Source: an uncultured Pseudomonadota bacterium
GTDB lineage: Bacteria > Pseudomonadota > Alphaproteobacteria > JACZXZ01
DNA: 64,000 bases
Assembly (NCBI GenBank): GCA_963749075.1
Contig: CAVVLJ010000020.1
Location: forward strand, 768,001 to 832,000
Direction: 5' to 3'
Part shown: one piece after another, positions 28,499-37,500 of the stretch
How the letters are laid out: every line of letters starts with the position of its first letter
How positions within the stretch are numbered: position 1 is the stretch's first letter
Made by a program: the position numbers and the translations under genes
The notes under the pieces: model-generated
Seen by the model: the letters and a program-made list of their open reading frames with translations, nothing else
What the model was told of the DNA's origin: nothing
The model's database searches: none

Positions 28499-29533
28499 CT
28501 ACGCCGCGGCACGGCGCGCGAGCGACTGCTCCTGCTTCCAACGGCGAAAGACGAAGCGGAAATAGCCGGGCCCAAGCGGGATCTTGAAGCCCCTGGCGGC
28601 GAGTATCTGCCGTGCCAGCGGCAGGTTGTAGTAAGGCACGCCGGGGAGGAGATGGTGCTCGAAATGATGCTCGCCGCCCAAGGGCACGATGACGAGGCGC
28701 TCGAAGAGGTTCGCCGCGGTGCTGCGCGTGACCCAGCGCTCCTCGGCGGTGCGCGGCCGGTAGCCCGCCTCGAAGCCGTGCTCGCTGAGGGAGCGCAGGC
28801 GGATCTGCGCCGGGTAGAGCGTCAGGACTGGGAGCACGTAGAAGTAGAGGTAGAACTCGGGCCCGATGACCGCCCAGTAATAGGCGACGAGCGCCGCCTG
28901 GGCGCAAAGCGCCGGCAGCATGATGTCGATCTTGCCCGCGAGCTTGCGCAAGCTGAGCGTCCGCCACGGTGTGGCGCTGTAGCTCTTGCGGTCGGACTGC
29001 ATATACTGCAGCAGCCGCTTGACCGCCGAGATCATGAAGACGTCCTGCAGCAGCATGCGGAAGAAGCTGGCGGTCGGCTCGTCCGGCTGGCCGAAGAGGA
29101 GGTCGGCGTCGCCCTCGTTGTTGAGGTAGATGTGATGGGTCTGGTGGGAGAGCGCGTGCCCGGTCCGCGGGTATCCCATGAGCGCCGCTGCGACGACGCC
29201 GACGATCTCGTTCCACCGGCCGCCCGCAAAGAGCTTGCCGTGGCCGCAGTAATGCACGATCGAGGCGAGCGAGTTGAAGTTGTGGATGGTCAGCAGCACG
29301 CAAGGTATTGCCATGAGCGGGTTCGGGATCAGGAGGTAGAGCAAGGGCACCGCGGCCGTGGTCGCCAGCACGCCCGCGAAGTCGACGAGCGCGCGGAGGC
29401 TGTGCGTCCGGTGCAGCGCCGCGATCTCCCCGCGCGAGAAGCTGGCGGCCTTCAGCAGATCGCGATAGGTGCGCGGCACCTCGTCGCCGAGGTCCGACGC
29501 CAAGCCGTTGATATCTTGTTCGTTTTCAGTCAT
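28499..29533 (-). CDS. Membrane fatty-acid-desaturase-family di-iron enzyme
   Basis: Three His boxes (HYCGH, HQTHH, HFEHH) plus PGVPYYNL and TM segments. Confidence 0.88.
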   Translation of the reverse strand: MTENEQDINGLASDLGDEVPRTYRDLLKAASFSRGEIAALHRTHSLRALVDFAGVLATTAAVPLLYLLIPNPLMAIPCVLLTIHNFNSLASIVHYCGHGKLFAGGRWNEIVGVVAAALMGYPRTGHALSHQTHHIYLNNEGDADLLFGQPDEPTASFFRMLLQDVFMISAVKRLLQYMQSDRKSYSATPWRTLSLRKLAGKIDIMLPALCAQAALVAYYWAVIGPEFYLYFYVLPVLTLYPAQIRLRSLSEHGFEAGYRPRTAEERWVTRSTAANLFERLVIVPLGGEHHFEHHLLPGVPYYNLPLARQILAARGFKIPLGPGYFRFVFRRWKQEQSLARRAAA

Positions 29534-29570
29534 CGGAGCCTGTGGACGAGGGGCCTGCCGCCGCTCCGCC

Positions 29571-29599
29571 TATATAGTGGCCCGGGCCTGCCCGGTCAA
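29571..29599 (-). promoter_or_regulatory. Putative sigma70 promoter of the desaturase operon
   Basis: Minus strand TTGACC-N17-TATATA, about 40 bp upstream of the ATG. Confidence 0.65.
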
Positions 29600-29636
29600 T
29601 CGCTCAAGCTGCCCCTGGGCCATTGCGGTGGGCCAA

Positions 29637-29684
29637 CGCGGTTGAGGTGCCGCGCCCCGCTCTGTTAGGTTGAGCGGAATGCCG
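29637..29684 (+). promoter_or_regulatory. 48-bp promoter-like element, copy 1
   Basis: 44/48 identical to 43478-43525. Contains TTGAGG-N18-TAGGTT with a TGn extension. Confidence 0.7.
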
Positions 29685-29710
29685 CAGGTCACGGCCTCGC
29701 GGTCTGCACC

Positions 29711-30418
29711 ATGGGAGCGGCGATGAAGAAGCGAGCAAAGCCGGCGGAGACGACGCGCGAGCCGCAATACGTGAACAGCCTCGACTACCGCGACCGCCAC
29801 GGCCAGGAGCCCCTCGGGCTCATGATGAACCAGGCCTGGTTCGACGACCCCAAGCGGCTCACCTTCACCTTCTCGCGCTACAAGTTCGTGGCGAAGATGC
29901 TCGAGGGCTGCCGCAACGTGCTCGAGGTGGGCTGCGGCGACGCCTTCCCGAGCCGCATCGTGCAGCAGTCGGTCGGGCGGCTCACCGTCGTCGACTTCGA
30001 CCCCGTCTTCATCGCGGACGCGAAGGCGCGCCAGGTCGAGGGCTGGCAGTTCGCCGGCGCCTTCGTCCACGACCTCCTCGAGGGGCCGGTCCCCGGCAGC
30101 TTCGACGGCATCTACGCGCTCGACGTGCTCGAGCACATCGCCCCCGAGCACGAGGCGCGCTTTCTCGCCAACATGACCGCCTCCCTCGAGCCGCACGGCA
30201 CGCTCGTCATCGGCATGCCGTCGCTCGAGAGCCAGGCCTTCGCCTCGCCCACGAGCAAGGCCGGCCACGTCAACTGCCAGACGCTGCCCCAGCTCAAGGC
30301 GGGCATGCAGCGCTTCTTCCACAACGTCTACATGTTCTGCATGAACGACGAGATCGTGCACACCGGCTACCACAAGATGGCGCACTATCTCTTCGCACTC
30401 TGCTGCGGGAAGAAGTGA
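29711..30418 (+). CDS. Class I SAM methyltransferase
   Basis: VLEVGCGD, YALDVLEHI, GHVNC. Confidence 0.9.
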   Translation: MGAAMKKRAKPAETTREPQYVNSLDYRDRHGQEPLGLMMNQAWFDDPKRLTFTFSRYKFVAKMLEGCRNVLEVGCGDAFPSRIVQQSVGRLTVVDFDPVFIADAKARQVEGWQFAGAFVHDLLEGPVPGSFDGIYALDVLEHIAPEHEARFLANMTASLEPHGTLVIGMPSLESQAFASPTSKAGHVNCQTLPQLKAGMQRFFHNVYMFCMNDEIVHTGYHKMAHYLFALCCGKK

Positions 30419-30449
30419 CGGGCTTGCGCTCGCGAGCCCGCGGCGGCGC

Positions 30450-31430
30450 TCAGCCGCCCATCTCCACCGCCGGCTTCTCGGCCACGCCTATGACCTGGAG
30501 GCCGGCCCGCTCGAGGCCGGGAAGCGAGGTCGTCCATTCGTCGAGCCTCGTCGAGAGGCGCGTGAGCGCCGCGATGCCTGGCACGAAGCGGAAGAGCCGG
30601 TTGAAGACGAGCACGTCGCTGTTCATGAAGAGGCAGAAGCCGAGGAAGCCGTGGGTCCGCCAATGGCGCGGGACGAGTCCGGCCGCCTCGAGCACGGGCA
30701 CGGTCTCGCGATGGAGGAGCGGGCGCTCCGTCGTGTGATCGAGTGCCGGCGAGAGGCGGTACATCACGGCGCGGATGGCGCGCCAAAGCGCGAAATCGCT
30801 GACCGGCTCGCGGAAGTAGAAGCGCCCGCCCGGCTTGAGGATGCGCGCGATCTCCGAGAACAGCTTCCCGCGGTCGCGCACGTGATGGATGCCGCCGAGC
30901 ATGAAGACGCTGTCGAAGGCCCCCTCCGCGAGCGGCAGGAAGGTGGCGTCGCCCTGCACGAAGGCGAGGTTGCGGCCGGGGTTGGCCTTGATGGCCTCCT
31001 CGAGCATGCCGACCGCCACGTCGACGCCGACGCCGCGGCCGACCGCATGGCCGAGGAGCTTGAACGCCTCGCCGCGCCCGCAGCAGATCTCCGCGACAGT
31101 GCCGAGGTCGCGCCGCTCGACCGCCTCGAGGAGCACCCGGTCGAGATAGGCCATGTATTCGCGCGTGTGGGGATAGCCGAGGTTCTCCACGTAGTCGCGG
31201 CCGATCTTCTCGTAATGCGCCTGCTGCACCCGCGCGTCGGCCGAGCAGAACTCGGCGGCGAAGAGGGGAATGCCATGGGGGCCCAAGGCGTAGCGCCGGC
31301 GCTCCGAGAGGCCCACGAGCGAGCCTTCCTCGAGCGCCAGCGCATCGCCGCTCACCGGGCAGCGCAGCAGATCGAGGAAGCCGCCGAGTGCGGCCGGGCG
31401 ATCCACGGGTGGGGGGCTCTCGATTGCCAT
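30450..31430 (-). CDS. Class I SAM methyltransferase with Trm112-like N-terminus
   Basis: LDLLRCPVSG...GIPLF, AEICCGRG, VQGDATFLP, RILKPGG. TGATG overlap with the upstream gene. Confidence 0.88.
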   Translation of the reverse strand: MAIESPPPVDRPAALGGFLDLLRCPVSGDALALEEGSLVGLSERRRYALGPHGIPLFAAEFCSADARVQQAHYEKIGRDYVENLGYPHTREYMAYLDRVLLEAVERRDLGTVAEICCGRGEAFKLLGHAVGRGVGVDVAVGMLEEAIKANPGRNLAFVQGDATFLPLAEGAFDSVFMLGGIHHVRDRGKLFSEIARILKPGGRFYFREPVSDFALWRAIRAVMYRLSPALDHTTERPLLHRETVPVLEAAGLVPRHWRTHGFLGFCLFMNSDVLVFNRLFRFVPGIAALTRLSTRLDEWTTSLPGLERAGLQVIGVAEKPAVEMGG

Positions 31431-32260
31431 CAGCGCGGCTCCACCCCGGCCGCTCGGCGGCCGACGGCCGACCAGGACATCTCGTTGACCCAGGCGAGCC
31501 TCACCTCGACGAGGCCGGCCCCGCGCATCAGCGCCTCGACCTCGGCGCGCGACCAGTAATGGGCGATCTTGGGCAGCATCTGGTCGAACACGATCGAGCG
31601 CAGATGGCGGAAGGCGAGGCGCCGGAGGAGGCGGAAATACTCGATGCGCCCCATGCCGAGGCGCAAGCCGAGCCAGAGGAGCGCCGTCGGATAGAGCGCC
31701 AGGTGATCGACGAGGGCCACCGGCAGGCGGCTGAAGAGAAGCCGGCGCAGCGGCGTGAGCCCATGGACGATCCAGCGGTTGTTCTCGAGCCCGTAGACCC
31801 AGATGAGCACGCGGCCGCCGGGCTTCGCGGCACCCGCCATGGCCGCGAGCGCGCGCGCGGGGAATTCCAGGTGATGGATCACGCCGATCGAGAACACGAT
31901 GTCGAACGAGGCCGAGGGCTCGATGTCGTAGGCGCTCTGCTCGCGCACGGCGACCGCCGGATAGCGCTCGAGCGTGCGCCGCGCCGCGGCGAGCGAGCGC
32001 GCGTCGACGTCGATGGCCATGCCGCCCGCAGCGCCGTACGTCATCGGCCAGTAGCTGTTGCGCCCCATGCCGCAGCCCACGTCGAGGAACGTGAGCCCTC
32101 CCCAGTCGGCCGGCGCCAGGTGGACCGTCCAGCGGCGGAACTGCTCCTCGTACTCGGGCCGCATCTCCGAGTAGCGCTCCCACTCGTAGCCGAAGCGCTC
32201 GGGCGAGCCGCCGCCCAGCGCCGCGGCGGGTGGAGCCGGCCGTGTCCCCCCGGTAGTCAT
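31430..32260 (-). CDS. Class I SAM methyltransferase
   Basis: FGYEW, FLDVGCGMG, FSIGVIHH, KPGGRVLIWVY. Confidence 0.9.
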   Translation of the reverse strand: MTTGGTRPAPPAAALGGGSPERFGYEWERYSEMRPEYEEQFRRWTVHLAPADWGGLTFLDVGCGMGRNSYWPMTYGAAGGMAIDVDARSLAAARRTLERYPAVAVREQSAYDIEPSASFDIVFSIGVIHHLEFPARALAAMAGAAKPGGRVLIWVYGLENNRWIVHGLTPLRRLLFSRLPVALVDHLALYPTALLWLGLRLGMGRIEYFRLLRRLAFRHLRSIVFDQMLPKIAHYWSRAEVEALMRGAGLVEVRLAWVNEMSWSAVGRRAAGVEPR

Positions 32261-32306
32261 GCTCGAGCGCAGCTCCCTCGCTCTCCACCGGTTTCGCCGC
32301 TGCCGC

Positions 32307-34358
32307 TCACGGCACGATCAGCACGTAGCTCGTCAGCCAAACCCCGGATATCTTGACGAGTATGGCGCGGCGCCTCCTCTCGAGGGCGGCAATGACCAGC
32401 TTTGCGGTTCGCACATAGCTGGGCGAGTTGTGAAGATCATCGATCATCCCGTTGCGGAGGTCCAGCGGGTCGACCGCCATCGCCTGGAGCCCGTATGGCT
32501 GGGCGCCGGCGGCAGATGTTTCTTCGCGAAGCCCCGGCGCCGCCGATTGCGGGCCGGCCGTCAGCAGCGCGCATTTGCCGGGCGCGAAGTCCTGCCATGA
32601 CCTGTGGGCGCTGGCGGCCTCGAAGGCGGCGGCGCCGACCGTGTCGGGCAGCACGTAGTAGAGGGCGGTGTGCTCCACGGCGGCGGCCGGCGTCGTCTGG
32701 ACCAGGTTGAAGACCAGCCGGTGGCTGCCGAGCGCGAGCGTGTAGCAGCGGGTCACCGGTCCGGCCACCATGGTCGGCGAGGCGTAGGGAAGCGTCTCCC
32801 CGGCGCGGCACCGCGGCCCGGTATCGACGACCGTATCGGGAAAGTAGAAGTTGTATCGCGGAATGCGTCCGGCGTAAGCCGCCTCGAGGGCCGCATTGCC
32901 ATGATCGAATTCCTCGGTCCCTCGATGCAGCGTGGCAAAGATGTTCTTCAGATCCCACGCGACGGTATCGATGGCAAAATACAGGTCGGGCGAGAAAACC
33001 ACCGTGTAGTGCTCTGCGCAGTCGTCGAAGAAGCGATCCGTCCAGCGCACCACCCTGCCGTCCAGGCGTTGCTCCGCAATGTAGTCGAGATATGTGGTGA
33101 GCGGCGAGAAATGCACCGCAAGGAATGTCACGATGGCCGCGGCCGGCAATGCCATGAGGCCGGCAGCATAGCGGGCGCGCGGCGAGCGAAAGACGGCGGG
33201 CTGAAGCAGCGGCCGGAAGAAGAGATAGCTGAGTGCGGCGAGGGCCATCGCCTGGACCACCGTTCCGCTCCCGTGAACGCGCAGCACGTGCCAATAGGCG
33301 GCAGCCGTCAGGAGAAAGACGCCGTCGAAGGCGGCGGAGGGACGCGAAAGCCGTCTCGGTCCCCGGGCGGCGATGAGCTCGACCGCGAGCCACGCGAGCG
33401 AGACGGCGAGGAGCGTCCCGGCGCCCGCGATCAAGACCTCCTCGGGAAAGTAATTGCTTCTGCGATCCAGGAAAAGCGTGACGAATACCTCGTGAAACGC
33501 GTTCTCGGCATACCTGCTTTCCGGCATGAATCCCCTGAGCTGCGACAAGGCCGAGAAGAACGCGGCGCCGGCGTCCCCCTCGTAGGCGGCGTAGAGCGCC
33601 ACGACCGCCGTCGGCAGCCCGACCGCAACGGTCACGAGCAGGACCCTGAGCGCATGGCGCCGCGGCAGGCGGGCGCATAGAACGGCGAGCGTCGCCGCCG
33701 CGAGCCAGCCCCACATCGTGAGATCGAAGAAAAGCAGACCGGAGAAAGCGCCGATCGCGACCGCCAGCCGCGTCTTGTGGCGCATAAGCCATGCCAGCTC
33801 GGACCCGATGGCATAGGCCAGCAGGATGGCAAACACGAAAACGTAGATGACGAAGAACGTCATCGTATTGACGTATTCGCCGTAGGACTGGGCGAAAGTG
33901 CAATCGACGAAGGTAAGCGTGAGGAGGAACGCCACGGCGGCCAGCTTCACGCGCATGTCGGTTCTCGCGCGCAGCAGGACGATCACCGCCGCGATCTTCA
34001 GAGCCGCTTGCACCGCCATGAAGACGGAGCCGAAGGCCGTCATGTACTCGAGCGTGAATTGCCGCGAGCCGAGCAGGGCTGCGGTCAGCCAATGCAAGCC
34101 GCGCGTAAAGAGGATCAATCCGGAATCGCCGATGTGGAGGTACCAGTAGGCGCCGCTGACGGCTGCCTGCAACGGCGGGACGAACGACCAGGTGAACCCC
34201 TCGGAGAAAGGCGTGATCCAGGCATAGCGGTAGATGATTCCGCACACTCCGTCGGCGATCAGCACGGCGACCAGGGCCGCGGAGAGCACCGTCAATGCCG
34301 AGAGCATGACGGCGCGCCACACGGCCGGTCCTCTGGCGTTTTGCCGCTGCTGAGTCAC
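32307..34358 (-). CDS. Polytopic membrane protein (GT-C-like architecture), tandem copy E
   Basis: 683 aa, about 11 TM helices plus a C-terminal soluble domain. GTGA overlap with the upstream paralog. Confidence 0.75.
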   Translation of the reverse strand: MTQQRQNARGPAVWRAVMLSALTVLSAALVAVLIADGVCGIIYRYAWITPFSEGFTWSFVPPLQAAVSGAYWYLHIGDSGLILFTRGLHWLTAALLGSRQFTLEYMTAFGSVFMAVQAALKIAAVIVLLRARTDMRVKLAAVAFLLTLTFVDCTFAQSYGEYVNTMTFFVIYVFVFAILLAYAIGSELAWLMRHKTRLAVAIGAFSGLLFFDLTMWGWLAAATLAVLCARLPRRHALRVLLVTVAVGLPTAVVALYAAYEGDAGAAFFSALSQLRGFMPESRYAENAFHEVFVTLFLDRRSNYFPEEVLIAGAGTLLAVSLAWLAVELIAARGPRRLSRPSAAFDGVFLLTAAAYWHVLRVHGSGTVVQAMALAALSYLFFRPLLQPAVFRSPRARYAAGLMALPAAAIVTFLAVHFSPLTTYLDYIAEQRLDGRVVRWTDRFFDDCAEHYTVVFSPDLYFAIDTVAWDLKNIFATLHRGTEEFDHGNAALEAAYAGRIPRYNFYFPDTVVDTGPRCRAGETLPYASPTMVAGPVTRCYTLALGSHRLVFNLVQTTPAAAVEHTALYYVLPDTVGAAAFEAASAHRSWQDFAPGKCALLTAGPQSAAPGLREETSAAGAQPYGLQAMAVDPLDLRNGMIDDLHNSPSYVRTAKLVIAALERRRRAILVKISGVWLTSYVLIVP

Positions 34359-36478
34359 GGCACGATGAGCACGTAGCTCGTCATAAAAACCCCGGATATC
34401 TTGACGAGCATGGCGCGGCGCCTCTTCTCGAGGGCGGCAGTGGCGACTTCCGCGGCCCGGACATCGCCGGGCGAGTTCCGATATCTGGCTTCATCATCGA
34501 CAATTCGCTTGCGCATGGCCCGCGGATCGACTGCCATCGCCTGGAACCCGTACGACGGGGCGCCCGCGGCGGATGTCTCTTCGCGAAGCCCCTCGGCCGC
34601 TGCCGATTGCGGGCCGGCCGTCAACAGCGCGCATTTTCCGGGGGTATAATCCAGCCATGACGCGTGGGCGCTGGCGTCCTCGAAGGCAGCGCCGCCGAGC
34701 GTGTCGGGCAGGACATAGTACAACGCGGTGTGCTCTACGCCGGCGGCGGGCGTCGTCTGGACCGCGTTGAAGACCAGCCGGCGGCTGCCGAGCTCGAGCG
34801 TGTTGCAGGTGACCACGGGCCCGGCCACCATGGTCGGCGACGCGTAGGGCAGCGTTTCCCCTTCCCGGCACCGCGGCCCGATATCGATGATCGTATCCGG
34901 GAAGTAGAGCTTGTAGCGCGGTATGCGTGCGGCATACGCCGCCTCGAGCGCCGCATTTCCGTTATTGCCCGCCTCGCTGCCCCTGTGCATCGTAATCAAG
35001 AGGTTCTTCAGGTGATAGGCGATCGTATTGATCTCGAAGTAGAGGTCGGGAGTGTTGACCACCGTGTAGTGCTGGGCGCAGTCGTCGAAGAACCGATCCG
35101 TCCATTGCACGACCCTGCCGTCCAGGCGTTGCTCCGCGATGAGCACAAGATATGCGGCCAGCGGCGAGAAATGCACTGCGAGGAATGTCACGGCGGCCAC
35201 GGCCGGCAATGCCATGAGGCCGGCCGCGTAGCGGGCGCGCGGCCAGCGGAAGTCCGCGGGCTGAAGCAGCGGCCGGAAGAAGAGATAGGTGACTGCGGCG
35301 AGGGCCGTCGCCTGGGCCACCGTTCCGCTCCCGTGAACGCGCAGCACATGCCAATAGGCGGCACCCGTCAGGAGAAAGACGCCATCGAAGGCGGCGGAGG
35401 GACGCGAAAGCGGTCTCAATCCCCGCGCGGCGATAAGGTCGACCGCGAGCCATAGAAGCGCGACGGCCAAGAGTGTGCCCGCGCCCACGATGAGGACCTG
35501 CTCCGAGAAAAGCGAGCTTCGCGCGTTCAAGAAGAGCTCGAAGAAATGCTGGTAAAACGCAGGCTCGGCATACGTGTATCCCGGCATGAATCCCAGGAGG
35601 TGGGACCAGGCCGCGAAGAGCGCGGCGCCGGCGTCTCCCTCTTGGGCGGCGTAGAGCGCCGCGACCGCCGTCGGCAGGCCGACCGCAACGCTGACCAGGA
35701 GGACCCTGAGCGCATGGCGCCATGGCAGGCGCGCGCAAAGAACGGCGAGCGTCGCCAGCGTGAGCCAGCCCCACATCGCGAGATCGAAGAAAAGCAGACC
35801 GGAGAAGGCGCCGATCGCGACCGCCAGCCGCGTCTTGTGGCGCATAAGCCACGCCAGCTCGGACCCGATGGCATAGGCCAGCAGGATGGCAAACACGAAG
35901 ACGTAGATGACGAAGAACGTCATCGTATTGACGTATGCGCTATAGGAATCGGCGTAAGGGGGAACGACAAAACTGAGCGTGAAGAGGAACGCCATGGCGG
36001 CAAGCTTCACGCGCATGTCGGTTCTCGCGCGCAGCAGGACGATCACCGCCGCGATCTTCAGAGCCGCTTGTGCCGCCATGAAGACGGAGCCGAAGGTCGT
36101 CATGTACTCGAGCGTGAATTGCCCGGAGCCAAGAATCGTGGCGGTCAGCCAATGCACGCCGCGCGTAAAGAGGATCAATCCGGAATCGCCGATGTGGAGG
36201 TACCAGTAGGCGCCGGGGACGCCTGCCTGCAACGGCGGGACGAACGACCAGGTGAACCCCTCGCCGAAAGGCGTGATCCAAGCATAGTGGAAGATAATTC
36301 CGCAAACTCCGTCGGCGACCAGCACGGCGATAAGGGCCGCGGAGAGCGCCGCCAGCGCCAGGATCTCCATGATCCGCGCGGCGCCGGCGGCCTTGCACCG
36401 ACGCAGAAGGCGACAAAGTTTGTCCCCGGCGACCGTCGGCCGCTCGCTTGCGAGCCCGCTCCCCGCCGCCTTAGCCAT
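34355..36478 (-). CDS. Polytopic membrane protein (GT-C-like architecture), tandem copy E'
   Basis: 707 aa, long identical stretches with copy E (WYLHIGDSGLILFTRG, VNTMTFFVIYVFVFAILL, TSYVLIVP). Confidence 0.75.
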   Translation of the reverse strand: MAKAAGSGLASERPTVAGDKLCRLLRRCKAAGAARIMEILALAALSAALIAVLVADGVCGIIFHYAWITPFGEGFTWSFVPPLQAGVPGAYWYLHIGDSGLILFTRGVHWLTATILGSGQFTLEYMTTFGSVFMAAQAALKIAAVIVLLRARTDMRVKLAAMAFLFTLSFVVPPYADSYSAYVNTMTFFVIYVFVFAILLAYAIGSELAWLMRHKTRLAVAIGAFSGLLFFDLAMWGWLTLATLAVLCARLPWRHALRVLLVSVAVGLPTAVAALYAAQEGDAGAALFAAWSHLLGFMPGYTYAEPAFYQHFFELFLNARSSLFSEQVLIVGAGTLLAVALLWLAVDLIAARGLRPLSRPSAAFDGVFLLTGAAYWHVLRVHGSGTVAQATALAAVTYLFFRPLLQPADFRWPRARYAAGLMALPAVAAVTFLAVHFSPLAAYLVLIAEQRLDGRVVQWTDRFFDDCAQHYTVVNTPDLYFEINTIAYHLKNLLITMHRGSEAGNNGNAALEAAYAARIPRYKLYFPDTIIDIGPRCREGETLPYASPTMVAGPVVTCNTLELGSRRLVFNAVQTTPAAGVEHTALYYVLPDTLGGAAFEDASAHASWLDYTPGKCALLTAGPQSAAAEGLREETSAAGAPSYGFQAMAVDPRAMRKRIVDDEARYRNSPGDVRAAEVATAALEKRRRAMLVKISGVFMTSYVLIVP

Positions 36479-36710
36479 GCGCCGCTCTTTCCCCTGCCTC
36501 GGCCAGGCACGGGATCGACACGCCGAAGGGCGGACGCTGCCGGGGGGCCGACCTCACGTCGAGCGAGAAGAGCGCCGGGAGCGGCGCATTGAGCGCCAGA
36601 GTATTGACCTGGACCACGCTCCCAAGCCGGATGCCGAGGCCCGCCATGATGCGAGGCACCGCCCAGATCGGGCCGAACATCAGGTAATTGAAACGATATC
36701 CTCTGAGCGG
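36457..36710. repeat. 254-bp imperfect direct repeat, copy 1 (3' end of a methyltransferase plus start of E')
   Basis: Ungapped match to 39624-39877 at a constant offset of 3167. Confidence 0.85.
36471..36710 (-). pseudogene. 3' remnant of the methyltransferase at 39638-40387
   Basis: LRGYRFNYLMFGPIWA...PPFGVSIPCLAEAGERAAHG versus LRGYHFNYLLFAPIWA...PPFGVSILCLAERGERAAHG. Confidence 0.85.
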
Positions 36711-37037
36711 TAGCACAGCCAGCGCACAAACGGCCGATAGCCAAACAGCGCGCAACATCCGCAAGACCATTCCCCGACGCCGCCACCCGGCAAAGCTGGC
36801 TCGGTTTGTCCGAACCGACATTCCCCGGATGACCGGAGATTCGTTGCTATCGTGTGCCAATTCCGTCGCACGGACAAGCTGGTTTGAGGACGCTGGCTGC
36901 CCCAAGAGCCGAAAAGCAGCGAATTTGGCGATCATCTGGCCTCCGGAGCGTGGTTTTCACGCCTATTTCCCGGAGCGGCCTGGCGCGCAGCGAGGGCCGC
37001 TCCCGCCTGCAATGCGGTGCCTGTCGACCAGCGCGTC

Positions 37038-37183
37038 CCCAACATCGTGAGCGCCTTCAGTCCGAACACGAGGGGCCGATCCCCCGCACCGCTCCGAGGG
37101 GAGGCGATGGCCCGCTGCGACAGGAATTCGATCTGCGTAACGGCGGAGCCGCTCTCGGTCTCGGCCGGGACCTGGAGGTCGGC
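37038..37183 (-). pseudogene. Remnant of the C-terminal end of the 19633-23856 gene family
   Basis: ADLQVPAE..GSAVTQIEF...RPLVFGLKALTML versus ADFAIPAE..DSAVAEIEF...RPLALGLVALTIL, with DNA similarity to ~23692-23850. Confidence 0.7.
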
Positions 37184-37500
37184 CTGGCGATATGGCATGC
37201 TTGCAACGATGGCAGCACCGAAAGTATAGGGACCCTGTGCACATCCTTATGATCCGTAACGCTGACGCGATTTCGTTTCCGAATGGCCCGATGGATGCCG
37301 GCAAAAGCGATGATATGCGGCGGCCGGCGCATGATTGGTTGCCATCGCCCTTGCCGGTGCGCAACCCGGCGGCGATGCCTCCACCAGCGCGGTTGCCCGC
37401 ATGCGACACCCTGCGCCGGACCGGTCTGCGCCAAAGCGAACGTGCCGGCAAAGCAACCGCTCCACGGTTGACCCAGGCGGTCTGAGGAATGTGGAGCAAC

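Noticed and set aside
30450-32288. 612-aa ORF read as a double methyltransferase fusion
   Set aside because: The upstream half is an alternate frame of 31430-32260. The real genes are joined by a TGATG overlap.
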